Source: Nostoc punctiforme PCC 73102 (lineage in GTDB: Bacteria; Cyanobacteriota; Cyanobacteriia; Cyanobacteriales; Nostocaceae). Taken from it: DNA of 32,000 bases. The stretch covers positions 4,050,001 through 4,082,000 of the forward strand of contig NC_010628.1 of the NCBI RefSeq assembly GCF_000020025.1. Reading direction: 5' to 3'. Made by a program: the position numbers and the translations under genes. Below the pieces are notes generated by a model, which did no database searches, had not been told where the DNA came from, and saw only the letters and a list, made by a program, of their open reading frames with translations. Positions 1 through 9,351 of the stretch are shown piece after piece. Position 1 is the first letter of the stretch; every line of letters starts with the position of its first letter.

Positions 1-54
1 ATTAATTACACCTTGACGCTGTTCTTCTGTCAACCCAATGTTTATCGCACGCAT
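1..54 (-). CDS. First 18 codons of a gene running off the left edge; possibly Dps/ferritin-like
   Basis: The reverse complement of 1..54 begins with ATG (52-54) and reads MRAINIGLTEEQRQGVIN, in frame to the window edge. The 'IGLxEEQRxxVIxxLN'-type opening resembles Dps-family N-termini. Only 18 aa are visible. Confidence 0.35.
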   Translation of the reverse strand, partial: MRAINIGLTEEQRQGVIN

Positions 55-433
55 TATTTTTCCATCCCTAAGCAAACTTATTTATTAAGTTCTCAAATTT
101 TATATACATTCCACATCAACCAAAGGAAACATTATGAGCTTAGATGTGTTGCTAAATTGATAATTGTGCCTATGTCTTAATAGGTAGTATTCAGCTAATG
201 GTCAGCCAATAGTCTAGTAATTAGCGATTTAAAACTCCAAGCATAAGAATATTAAATATAATAGTTAATTCAAACTATCTAAACTCAGTTTTCCAACAAT
301 GCTCATGTGAACATAGCTTTATACTTAATTAATTTAATTTGCCAGCCACCTTAACATTAATAATTAGTAATGGATCACTGCTTTTACGCAATCACCCATT
401 ACTACTCAAGAATTACCAGAACTATTAATTTAG

Positions 434-790
434 TTACTTACCTGTAACTTTTTCTAACACATTCTTAATATTTTCTTCCACAGTGGTTGCGGATTGTGAA
501 TTTTCAGGACGCTTCTGCTTGTCAATATCAGCAGCTCCCTGAACCTCATTGAGTCCTTCGTTAGACTCCTTTTGAACCTTTCTCAATCCTTGTGGTGGTT
601 CTTTAGCAGCTTCGTCAGTTTTGCGTTGAATGTCAAGCAGTTGTGTAGTAGCTTCGGTAGGGTCACTTTGGTAGCTATCGATTGCAAAAGCAGGAAAAGC
701 ACTAGATAACAATAGTATGGCGCAAGTAAAAGCCACAACTAGAAAACGTACTGGGCTTAAGATAGATAAAACAGAAGCAATAATCTTCAT
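434..790 (-). CDS. Small secreted protein, unknown family
   Basis: 118-aa ORF. The N-terminus MKIIASVLSILSPVRFLVVAFTCAILLLSSAFPAFA/IDS looks like a Sec signal peptide with an AxA cleavage motif. The mature part is charged and low-complexity (E/K/Q-rich). No family recognised. Confidence 0.6.
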   Translation of the reverse strand: MKIIASVLSILSPVRFLVVAFTCAILLLSSAFPAFAIDSYQSDPTEATTQLLDIQRKTDEAAKEPPQGLRKVQKESNEGLNEVQGAADIDKQKRPENSQSATTVEENIKNVLEKVTGK

Positions 791-1319
791 TTGAAATCCT
801 CGATAACAGCTTTAACAACGCAGAACTTTCACTGAGAAAGCGGAGCTTATACTTTTATTTGGCAAATTGAGCAATAATAAAAATAGCAGGTCACACTTCA
901 ATCTGAAAGTTCTTGTCAAAGGAACCTGATGAATAGATGAAGAAATTATCTCTGTATTTCTGCATCGAATTAGAAGGGATAATAAGCAAATACCACCTTA
1001 ATCCTGTAGCAAAATTCTTACATTTGATATTGACATTCTTTTCTCAAGGTTCCCTGTTTCTACTTGTACTTTGAAAATGCTAAAGTCTGCATCAATCTCT
1101 AGAATGAACTTTTCTATATCTGTGGTTGCAATAAAAATCAGTCTCTAGATATATCGACTTAATATAGTTGTCACAGCTTAATGACTTTGGGATTTATGTT
1201 CAGTTAGCTCGACTTTATCCAATCAAAGCAATTTCACAAGGATGCACTTTATAGGATATTTGTAAAGTATAAATTTATATAAATATTCCCTTTTTTAAGG
1301 GGAAAAATAAATCTTTTCT

Positions 1320-2420
1320 TTAAACTTGATAAGTCTGCCTTATTACCTCTTCTATTGAACTTACACGATTGAACATTTCTATTAATTCATGGGATCTAGT
1401 TTTTCGCTTCGCCAGCAGTACTTTTAAGGGCATTAAATAATGAACATCTGGGTCATTTCCCAAGGCAACTTCGGCTGCTTGCAGGACTTTTGTCGCATTC
1501 TCAAAAATATCCTTGTTGTCAAAACCTTCTTTTGCTGAAATTTGATGTAATACCTTACTGGGTACAGTTTCTCTACCCAGTAAGGTATTATCTAACACCA
1601 AACCTTTCAATAACGCTAGCAGAGCCGCATAGATAGAAAAATCATCACAACTATCACAAGCTTTAAATTCAATGCGTCCGACTTCAGCCGGAATGCGGGC
1701 TATTTTTGTTAGTGAGGGTATACTATTAATCAGTTGTTCTTCTTTCTGAACAAAGACTAGGGCTGCTGGTCTTTTTCCAGTTCTGATAAACGTTCGTACC
1801 GATAACCCATCCCATAAACCTCCTTTATAAAAAGGGGAACTATAACTAAAAGGAACGATATAGGGACTGTAATAAGTTAACTTTCTACCAATATCAATCA
1901 CATTTTCAGTAGACAAATCTGCCACCGAAATATTTAAATCTGGTCCATAAGACACCATGTGAATATTAGCAGTTTGTTCGTCAGGATAAGCCTCTAGCTG
2001 TTTTATTTCATAATCATTTAATGGAGGTTGAGGCTCAAAAGCCGGATTGTAGGGATTAAAACTGACTAAAACTGGTGATAAGTCAAAATTAGCAGCAACT
2101 TCACGTAGTAAGCGAAAACTTTCTGATAATTCCGTAATAGCGCCTTGAATATCAGAATGTATAGTTGTTCTAATTTCAATACCTTTAACATGACAGTCTA
2201 TCACTTCATCGGAATCTGCAAATCTTTCAAATCCCTCAATATACCATCTCTTCATCTTAATACCCGCATCACCTACACGCAGTTGAGGATAGTCGCTGGG
2301 ATATGTGGGGAGCTTTTCAATAATTTGATTAAAATCAGAAAATTTTGTGTGGGAAAAATCAGCAAATTTTCCTTCTTTGTTTAGGAAAGCGACTTCATGC
2401 TCAATACCAAAGAAAAACAT
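1320..2420 (-). CDS. Glutamate-cysteine ligase family 2 (GCS2/YbdK-like carboxylate-amine ligase) protein
   Basis: 366-aa ORF. The N-terminal 'FGIEHEVAF' and the overall size recall GCS2/YbdK-type ligases. It is not the plant-type GshA. The assignment rests on motif memory only. Confidence 0.55.
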   Translation of the reverse strand: MFFFGIEHEVAFLNKEGKFADFSHTKFSDFNQIIEKLPTYPSDYPQLRVGDAGIKMKRWYIEGFERFADSDEVIDCHVKGIEIRTTIHSDIQGAITELSESFRLLREVAANFDLSPVLVSFNPYNPAFEPQPPLNDYEIKQLEAYPDEQTANIHMVSYGPDLNISVADLSTENVIDIGRKLTYYSPYIVPFSYSSPFYKGGLWDGLSVRTFIRTGKRPAALVFVQKEEQLINSIPSLTKIARIPAEVGRIEFKACDSCDDFSIYAALLALLKGLVLDNTLLGRETVPSKVLHQISAKEGFDNKDIFENATKVLQAAEVALGNDPDVHYLMPLKVLLAKRKTRSHELIEMFNRVSSIEEVIRQTYQV

Positions 2421-2688
2421 TATATATACCTTTATTGCTTATAGTTAACCTAATCTAACTAATAGATATTTCCAAAAATTAAATATGCTTTCTCTAGAAC
2501 CCTTGTAGAGACGTAGCACGAATATTTGAGATACTCCAATCAAATTTACTTTAACTATAAAAATTCTCAATAATAGGATAAATGAATTTTACCCTAAGAT
2601 CGGCTTTTGCGATTTGATAAACCTCTCTGATTTATTTTTCTGTACTGCCCAGACTATCTTCCTAGTCGCCGATTAGGGTAGTTTAGTA

Positions 2689-3396
2689 ATGACTGAGGAA
2701 AGCTTGAGACGTGAGTTTATGACAAGTACCGTTCAATCCCCCTACAGCAGCGAACAGATTGCCGCTTGGTTGCGTGGACTGCTCACCATTGCTTGGGCAG
2801 ATGGTAATTTTGATGCCCAAGAACAGGAATTAATAGCCAGCATCACCAAAGATGAATTAGCTCCTAAGATTAAATGCGACTCACTAGAGGTAATTACGCC
2901 AGAGGAATTAGCCGCAGTGTTGGGTAAAGGTACACCAGCTGCGGAAAATTTCTTAAGGACAGCGATAATGGTAGCGATCGCAGATGGTACTTATTCTCCC
3001 AGTGAAGATGAGGTTCTACATCAATTCTGCCAAGCCTTAGAACAGCCAGAGAATTTACTAGAAGCCCTTCGCCACACCCTAGAAAACCCACAGCAAGTTA
3101 CCCCTGTTATTTCCAGCCCTGGACTTACAAAGCGTCAAATTGATGCACTACACCCTCTGCGTGACTGGCTGGATGGGCTAGATATTCAAGACCCAAGAGT
3201 AGCCCGCTTTTTGTGTAAAATGATCCCCTCCCAGTGTCCCTTTGAGCGGGATGTCACCTTATTTGGACGCAAGATTGTCCACATCCCGCCGATGTGTAAA
3301 ATCAATCCCTTGTATGAGCAACTGGTGGGCTTACGTTTCCGCGCCCTCTCTTATCTAGCAGATAAATGCGGTGAAGATGTTTCACCATATATTTAG
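2689..3396 (+). CDS. TerB-like N-terminal domain fused to a 'Mo-dependent nitrogenase C-terminal' (Mo-nitro_C)-like domain
   Basis: 235-aa ORF, with an alternative start at Met11 (2719). 'AAWLRGLLTIAWADGNFDAQEQELI' and 'RTAIMVAIADGTYSPSEDEVL' are TerB/DjlA_N-like repeats. The C-terminal 'CPFERDVTLFGRKIVHIPPMCKINPLYEQL' matches my memory of the cyanobacterial Mo-nitro_C domain. Confidence 0.6.
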   Translation: MTEESLRREFMTSTVQSPYSSEQIAAWLRGLLTIAWADGNFDAQEQELIASITKDELAPKIKCDSLEVITPEELAAVLGKGTPAAENFLRTAIMVAIADGTYSPSEDEVLHQFCQALEQPENLLEALRHTLENPQQVTPVISSPGLTKRQIDALHPLRDWLDGLDIQDPRVARFLCKMIPSQCPFERDVTLFGRKIVHIPPMCKINPLYEQLVGLRFRALSYLADKCGEDVSPYI

Positions 3397-3470
3397 TTAG
3401 AGTTAGGAATGAGGAGTAAGGAGTTATAATTTGTAACTCCTCACTCTTCACTTCTCACTATTATTTAAGT

Positions 3471-4499
3471 ATGCAATTTATCGATCAAGCAAAAATTGAA
3501 GTTGAAGCTGGTAAGGGCGGTGATGGTATTGTCGCCTTCCGGCGAGAGAAATACGTGCCGACTGGTGGCCCCTCTGGTGGTAATGGGGGACGAGGTGGTT
3601 CGGTATTTTTCGTTGCCGACGAAAACCTACAAACCTTGCTGGACTTCAGATATAATCATCGCTTTCAGGCAGAAAAAGGAACTCGTGGTGGGCCAAATAA
3701 CTGCACAGGGGCAGGAGGAAAGGATTTAATTATCGAAGTTCCCTGCGGTACAACCATTTATGATGCTGAAACTGGCGAACTGCTGGGAGATTTAACTGAG
3801 CCTCAGCAAACTTTACTGATAGCCCAAGGTGGTAAAGGTGGACTAGGAAATCAGCATTTCTTGAGTAACCGTAACCGCGCCCCAGAATACGCTCTCCCAG
3901 GATTACCGGGGGAAATAAAGCAGCTGCGTCTGGAGTTGAAACTTTTAGCAGAAGTGGGGATTATTGGCTTACCAAATGCTGGAAAATCCACTCTAATTTC
4001 ATCTTTATCAGCAGCACGTCCAAAAATTGCTGACTATCCCTTTACTACCCTGATCCCAAATTTGGGTGTAGTGCGGAAACCAACTGGCGATGGTACTGTT
4101 TTCGCCGACATTCCCGGACTAATTGCGGGAGCATCTCACGGGGCTGGGTTGGGGCATGATTTCTTGCGTCATATTGAGCGCACGCGAGTGCTACTTCACT
4201 TGATTGATGCCACTAGTGATGATGTAATTAGGGATTACAACACAATTAAAGAAGAATTACAAGCTTATGGACAGGGTTTAGCAGAACGTCCACAAATTTT
4301 GGCGCTGAATAAAATTGATGCTGTAGATCGGGAAACTGTCGATTTGGAGGCTTTAGCTACCCAACTTAATCATCTCTCCTACGCCCCGGTTTTTATAATT
4401 TCAGCAGTTACTCGCACCGGCTTAGAGCCGATGTTACAAGAAATCTGGGGAATTCTTGACCAAATGAAGGTTCCTGAAGAAGTGGAGGCATTGAGATAA
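3471..4499 (+). CDS. obg: GTPase Obg/CgtA
   Basis: 342 aa. It has the Gly-rich Obg fold '[45 protein letters not shown]'. GTPase motifs are G1 [10 protein letters not shown]3 DIPG and G4 NKID. Confidence 0.97.
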   Translation: MQFIDQAKIEVEAGKGGDGIVAFRREKYVPTGGPSGGNGGRGGSVFFVADENLQTLLDFRYNHRFQAEKGTRGGPNNCTGAGGKDLIIEVPCGTTIYDAETGELLGDLTEPQQTLLIAQGGKGGLGNQHFLSNRNRAPEYALPGLPGEIKQLRLELKLLAEVGIIGLPNAGKSTLISSLSAARPKIADYPFTTLIPNLGVVRKPTGDGTVFADIPGLIAGASHGAGLGHDFLRHIERTRVLLHLIDATSDDVIRDYNTIKEELQAYGQGLAERPQILALNKIDAVDRETVDLEALATQLNHLSYAPVFIISAVTRTGLEPMLQEIWGILDQMKVPEEVEALR

Positions 4500-4536
4500 T
4501 TCGTAATGGGCTACGCCCCGCTACGCTAACGTAATT
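4496..4536. repeat. Dispersed repeat copy (short form) overlapping the obg stop codon
   Basis: It starts with 'ataattcgtaatg' (4496-4508) and ends with 'cgctaacgtaatt' (4524-4536). Both 13-mers recur perfectly in inverted orientation at 4797-4809 and 4748-4760. The obg TAA (4497-4499) lies inside the first 13-mer. Confidence 0.75.
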
Positions 4537-4592
4537 ACTACTTCATTGGCAGGAAAGAGCAAACATAGATGATTGGAAAAACCACATCTGTC

Positions 4593-4620
4593 GTAGGGGC
4601 AATTCATGAATTGCCCCTAC
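4593..4620. repeat. Perfect palindromic hairpin repeat (13-bp arms), member of a 'ctgtcgtaGGGG' dispersed family
   Basis: 'gtaggggcaattc at gaattgcccctac' lies between the convergent obg and kinase genes. A related copy 'cacctgtcgtaagggcgcaaggtcttgcgcc' is at ~18408-18437. It may act as a bidirectional terminator, but there is no U-tract. Confidence 0.6.
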
Positions 4621-4747
4621 AGTGAGGCTCTATTATCATCAAATAATGATTAATTAAAACCTAAAACGACGTATTTAAATTGATACACAAGATAATTCTT
4701 TTGCAACCTTTGTAAATCTAATCGTAATAAAAGCTCTTAAAATTACG

Positions 4748-4809
4748 AATTACGTTAGCGAGTCCGCGTTCGCTTTTAGCGTCTCGTAGAGAGCGTCATT
4801 ACGAATTAT
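4748..4809. repeat. Dispersed repeat copy (long form, inverted relative to 4496-4536) overlapping the kinase stop codon
   Basis: The reverse complement reads 'ataattcgtaatg acgctctctacgagacgctaaaagcgaacgcggact cgctaacgtaatt'. It contains the 'gcgtctcgtagagagcgtc' core (4779-4797), also seen at 8406-8422 and 30279-30298. The kinase TAA (4799-4801, minus strand) lies inside the terminal 13-mer. Confidence 0.75.
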
Positions 4810-7800
4810 ATTGACTATTTTGCATCAAGGGAATTTTAATCACAAACTCAGCGCCTTGTCCTGGCTGCGAAATACATTCTACGGAACCGCCATGTCTTTC
4901 TGTAATGATCTGGTAGCTAATTGCAAGTCCCATTCCCGTACCTTTGCCGATGGGCTTGGTGGTAAAAAAGGGATTAAATAATTGTTTTTTCACATTTTCT
5001 GGTATTCCCAATCCATTATCGGCAATCCTAATTATTACCTGATTTGGCTCCTGTAGTTGAGTACAAATGGTAATTATCGGAATTGGGCATTGGTTATTCT
5101 TCTTGTCTGCTTTACCGCCACTCTCCACTCTCTCTTCTAAAGCATCGATCGCATTTGACAAAATATTCATGAATACTTGGTTTAGCTGCCCAGCGTAACA
5201 TTCAACCAGGGGGAGTTTGCCATATTCTTTGATTATTTGAATTTTTGCGTGTTGGTCGTTACCCTTGAAGCGGCTTTGCAAAATCATCAAAGTACTATCG
5301 ATTCCCTCATGGATATCAACAGCTTTCATTTCGGCTTCATCCAAGCGCGAAAAAGTTCGCAAAGAAAGTACAATCTTTCGAATGCGGTCTGCCCCAATAT
5401 TCATTGAGTTTAGTATTTGTGGCAAATCTGACTTCAAAAAGTCTAGTTCGATTCGTTCTGCAAAATCCTGAATTTCTGGTATGGGTTCAGGATAATGACT
5501 TTGGTAGAGTTGCAAAAGTGAAATTAAATCTCGAGTGTATTCCTTGGCAGGGCTGAGGTTGCCATAGATAAAATTGACTGGGTTATTGATTTCGTGTGCT
5601 ACTCCTGCAACTAGTTGACCCAAGCTGGACATCTTTTCACTTTGAATTAAGTGAGTTTGGGCGTGTTGAACTTCACGGAGTGCAACTTTAAGTTCTTCGG
5701 CTTGTTGTCGTAGTTGAGCTTCCGACTTTAGCAATGCTTCCTTGGCTTGTTTACGTTCGGTAATGTCCCTAGCAACAACTACCTGACAAAAAGGCTCTCC
5801 TGTTTCGGGATGTTTAACCATGAATATGTTGCAATCAGTGGGAATTTCTATACCTGTTTGAAAATGCCTATGGCGAAACTCACCTTGCCAGAAACCATGT
5901 TGAGACATTAAAGGAAGAATTTGCTGTATCAACTCTGCAAAAGCTTCTGGTGAATGAAAATCATCCATAGACTTGGTTTTGGCTGCTTCCAGGCTATTAA
6001 GCCCCACCATCTTGAGTCCGGCAGGGTTCACATAGAGAACTTGCCCTTCCATTGAAGCAATGCCAATAAAGTCGCTGCTGTTTTCAATCAATGCTACAAA
6101 TTTTTGCTGTTCCTCTTCAGCTTGTTTCCGCTCTGTAATGTCTAACACCATTGAGGCAACGCCAATCACCTGGCCATCAGGAGCTATTAACGGGTTGTTA
6201 TACCACTCGCAGACCATCGTTCTACCATCTTTAGTGACGTTATTGTTGACGCTAAAACTTCTTCCTCGTTGTGTTAGCAGAGCGGTGATAATCTCATTTA
6301 CGTGCTTTCTGGCGTTTTCAGGTACTATGGTCTCAAAACGATTCCCCAGCATTTCCTCTGTAGTGTATCCAAAGATTCTTTCTGCTGCCCGATTCCATAT
6401 CTGAACTTCAAAGTTAGTATTCCATTCAATGATGGCTAAAGGTGTTTGTTCAATCAGCAACGCCAGTCTTTGCTTTGAAGCCCTGAGTTCTGCCTCTGCT
6501 TGCTTGTATTCAGTAATGTCGCGGTAATACCAAATCCTCCCGTAATAGTCTTCTAAAGCTGATGTCTCACCACAAACTCCTTGGTGTTTACGCACAGGTG
6601 CAGAATAGCGGTCAAAAATCTTTCCAGACTTGAGGAAAATTTCATCACGGCTGCTTTGCTCTGGATGCTGGTAAAGATACTCCACCTTAGCCACAAATTC
6701 GTCTGGATTTACTAGCTGGTTTAGTACCCATTCCAGAAGTTTGCGAGCATCGCCTCTTTCGAGCAGTGCAACAGGAATTTGCCATAACTGGGAGAATTTC
6801 TGATTAAATGATGTAACCGTAAGATTTTCATCAACAATTAGAATTCCGTCGATGGAAGCTTCTTGTTGAGCTTGGAGTACAGCATTAATGCGGTGTAGGT
6901 CTTTCTCAGCTTGCTGGCGATCGCGCAGTATGGCTTGCTGTTCGCTGATGTCGCAAAGTAACCAACGCCAGCCGATCTGCTGACCTTGTGAATCATACAT
7001 CGCAACCATCTTGATACTAGCAGGAAAGGCTGTCCCTCCTCGTGACTGTAGTTCGACTTCCCAATCCTGCACCTGCTGCAAATTTGTCAGTTTATTCATG
7101 AAGGTTTTGCGGTCTGGTTCAGCGATAAACAGGATGAATGGTTTACCTACCAGATAGTTTTGTCTCACAGATAGTAAGGCTGCGGTTACATAGTTAGCCT
7201 CTTTGATGATGCCGGCGAGATCAGTCACTAAGTAAGCATTTGGAGCGAGATCAAACAAATCCTGGTAACGCCGACGCTCTAATTCTGCCGTTTCACGAGC
7301 GATCGCTAATTCTTCGTTTTGTTGGCGCAGTTCTTCTTCGACTACCTGGAGTTCTTCTAGGGTTTCCCGAAGTGCTTCACAGGTTTGCATAAGATCGGTA
7401 ATGTCGGTAACTCTGTCAGTCACACCCAGAACTTTATCAACTTGATTCGGTAAAATAATGTCTCTAATACTACCCACTAAAAATTTATTACCAGTCTCAT
7501 CTTCAAAGCAAGACTTTTTGGTAGAGATAAGATGGGTTATACCCTGAGCATCAGTAAAAAGATCCTGGCTCTCGTTAATAATATTCGTGGTGAAAACCAG
7601 TTCATCTTTTTGCCGGAACACATCAGCTTCTGCTTGAGGAAAAAAATCATAGTCTGATTTACCAATTAATTCTTCTCGGCTATGACCTATGAAATTACAG
7701 TAGTTATCGTTAAATAATACCCAGCAATGTTGACGGTCTTTTACAAAAATTGGGTCAGATATGCTATTGACCATCTGATGCAGAAATGCTGGAGAGAAGT

Positions 7801-7858
7801 TTTGCTGCTGCGTGTTGTGTTTTTGCGCGAGGTTATCTAAGAATTTAGGATGGTTCAT
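4799..7858 (-). CDS. Multi-PAS sensor histidine kinase (cytoplasmic, orphan)
   Basis: 1019 aa. About five PAS/PAC-like segments are present (e.g. 'ISDPIFVKDRQHCWVLFNDNYCNFIGHSREELIGKS', 'LIEQTPLAIIEWNTNFEVQIWNRAAERIFGYTTEEMLG', 'LIENSSDFIGIASMEGQVLYVNPAGLKMVG') with coiled-coil linkers. Kinase motifs are H-box 'GQLVAGVAHEINNPVN', N-box 'NILSNAIDA', G1 'DNGLGI' and G2 'GTGMGL'. No response regulator is adjacent. Confidence 0.93.
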   Translation of the reverse strand: MNHPKFLDNLAQKHNTQQQNFSPAFLHQMVNSISDPIFVKDRQHCWVLFNDNYCNFIGHSREELIGKSDYDFFPQAEADVFRQKDELVFTTNIINESQDLFTDAQGITHLISTKKSCFEDETGNKFLVGSIRDIILPNQVDKVLGVTDRVTDITDLMQTCEALRETLEELQVVEEELRQQNEELAIARETAELERRRYQDLFDLAPNAYLVTDLAGIIKEANYVTAALLSVRQNYLVGKPFILFIAEPDRKTFMNKLTNLQQVQDWEVELQSRGGTAFPASIKMVAMYDSQGQQIGWRWLLCDISEQQAILRDRQQAEKDLHRINAVLQAQQEASIDGILIVDENLTVTSFNQKFSQLWQIPVALLERGDARKLLEWVLNQLVNPDEFVAKVEYLYQHPEQSSRDEIFLKSGKIFDRYSAPVRKHQGVCGETSALEDYYGRIWYYRDITEYKQAEAELRASKQRLALLIEQTPLAIIEWNTNFEVQIWNRAAERIFGYTTEEMLGNRFETIVPENARKHVNEIITALLTQRGRSFSVNNNVTKDGRTMVCEWYNNPLIAPDGQVIGVASMVLDITERKQAEEEQQKFVALIENSSDFIGIASMEGQVLYVNPAGLKMVGLNSLEAAKTKSMDDFHSPEAFAELIQQILPLMSQHGFWQGEFRHRHFQTGIEIPTDCNIFMVKHPETGEPFCQVVVARDITERKQAKEALLKSEAQLRQQAEELKVALREVQHAQTHLIQSEKMSSLGQLVAGVAHEINNPVNFIYGNLSPAKEYTRDLISLLQLYQSHYPEPIPEIQDFAERIELDFLKSDLPQILNSMNIGADRIRKIVLSLRTFSRLDEAEMKAVDIHEGIDSTLMILQSRFKGNDQHAKIQIIKEYGKLPLVECYAGQLNQVFMNILSNAIDALEERVESGGKADKKNNQCPIPIITICTQLQEPNQVIIRIADNGLGIPENVKKQLFNPFFTTKPIGKGTGMGLAISYQIITERHGGSVECISQPGQGAEFVIKIPLMQNSQYNS

Positions 7859-8405
7859 ACCGGGATTTATCTCTAAAATTTGACAATAAGCCTCTACCTG
7901 GTTTTACTACATAAAACTGCCCCTCTCAGATTCGGAGAAGGATACACTTGAATGAAAGTTCAAGGCAAGGCGGAATTTGTGGAACTCACGTTTATTTAGC
8001 TCCGTGTGTCTCAGCATGAGTATTATTAATTATTCCCAGACTAAGTATGAATGCAACAAGCAAACCCATCTTTAAGTTTTAGTGTTTCCAGAAAATTCGG
8101 GACTAGGAAGATTTTGTTCTCTGGGGAAATAAAGACGCTAGGCGATCGCACTCATTATCTGTGGCGTAGTGGCGTGGCAAGGCTAAAATAGACTATTTTT
8201 GGACTTCGATTTACTGATAGAGGTGGCTCTTGTTACAGAGATAGTTGCCACCTACTGAAATCGCAACACTCACAAATTTATACCCAATTCTGCAAAATAC
8301 ACTTACAGGCGAAAAACAGACAGCCTCATGCACGACGATATTTGCTGGATTAGGTAATATCATGTGCGGTTAATTCGTTCTCACTGCGAACGAAGTGTTC
8401 ATGGA

Positions 8406-8422
8406 GCATCTCGTAGAGAAGC
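8406..8422 (+). repeat. Core of the 'c(g/a)tctcgtagaga(a/g)gc' small dispersed repeat
   Basis: 'gcatctcgtagagaagc' is embedded in a ~90-nt repeat-like stretch (8385-8470). It shares orientation and core with 4779-4797 and 30279-30298. Confidence 0.55.
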
Positions 8423-8704
8423 AATCTCCGAACTCTTGCAATTGCTTCGTTGCAATCGTAATGACATATCCTAAGTGATTAGGAGGACATGATATAAAGT
8501 GATCGCAGACCATAAACTAGCTTCATCTATATCTGATACGATATACGGCATTCCTCAGTGAAATTAGAAGCCCACACTGTACTTTGTAATCCAAGTCAGC
8601 GCGGCTAGTTTGCGTAAAAATTGATACAAAAGCTTAAGGGCTGTGCTTACTGGTAAAAAAACGGAGTTAAACTAGAATTGCATGGTAACAATCAAAGGAA
8701 AATT

Positions 8705-9310
8705 ATGATGAGCGATCGCGACTATACATTAATCATTGATAAAAGCGGTAGTATGTCCACACCCGACCAAGTGGGCGGTAGAAGTAGATGGGAGATTGCC
8801 CAAGAGTCTACACTGGCTTTGGCAAGAAAGGCCGAACAATTTGACCCCGATGGCATCACCGTTTACTTGTTTTCCGGTAGATTTAAACGCTACGATGATG
8901 TCACCTCAGCCAAAGTCGCACAGATATTTCTCGAAAATGACCCTGCTGGGACGACAAACTTAGCAGGTGTGCTTCAAGACGCAATCAATAATTACTTTCA
9001 ACGTAAAGCAGCCGGTAAAAGCAAGCCAAACGGAGAGACAATTTTAGTCATCACCGATGGTGAACCAGACGATCGCAAAGCGGTTTTTGAAGTCATCATT
9101 CATGCTACTCGCCAGATGGAGCGTGATGAAGAATTAGGAATTTCGATCATTCAAGTAGGTTCAGATGCCCAAGCGACTAAGTTCCTTAAAGCTTTGGATG
9201 ACCAGTTGCAAAGCGTCGGCGCTAAATTTGATATTTGCGATACTGTTACTTTAGACGACTTAGAAGAAATGAGTCTTGTAGATGTATTGACTAACGCAAT
9301 AACTGACTGA
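8705..9310 (+). CDS. Single-domain von Willebrand factor A (vWA) protein with complete MIDAS
   Basis: The ORF track starts at 8678. I prefer ATG 8705 (MMSDRDYTLIIDKSGSM) because the paralog starts MLENRDYTLIIDKSGSM and 'aaaggaaaatt' precedes it. MIDAS residues are DKSGS, 'GTTNLAG' (Thr) and 'ITDGEPDD' (Asp). No signal peptide or TM segment. Confidence 0.85.
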   Translation: MMSDRDYTLIIDKSGSMSTPDQVGGRSRWEIAQESTLALARKAEQFDPDGITVYLFSGRFKRYDDVTSAKVAQIFLENDPAGTTNLAGVLQDAINNYFQRKAAGKSKPNGETILVITDGEPDDRKAVFEVIIHATRQMERDEELGISIIQVGSDAQATKFLKALDDQLQSVGAKFDICDTVTLDDLEEMSLVDVLTNAITD

Positions 9311-9351
9311 TTAGTTTAAAGTTTTTTATTAAATAATTAGGAAAATTATAA

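Noticed and set aside
2145-3729. Small ORFs 2145-2384, 2894-3091 and 3496-3729; also 8736-8963, 9946-10230, 11221-11454, 27564-27764, 27879-28103, 29036-29254, 30134-30520 and 30728-31021
   Set aside because: Each is nested within, or antisense to, a confidently assigned gene, or (30134-30520) lies antisense to the A2M signal-peptide region and its upstream intergenic sequence. None carries a motif.
5265-6404. Antisense ORFs inside the PAS kinase (5265-5471, 6060-6404)
   Set aside because: They are fully nested antisense to a well-supported 1019-aa gene. Their peptides are low-complexity and Ser/Ile/Phe-rich with no motifs.
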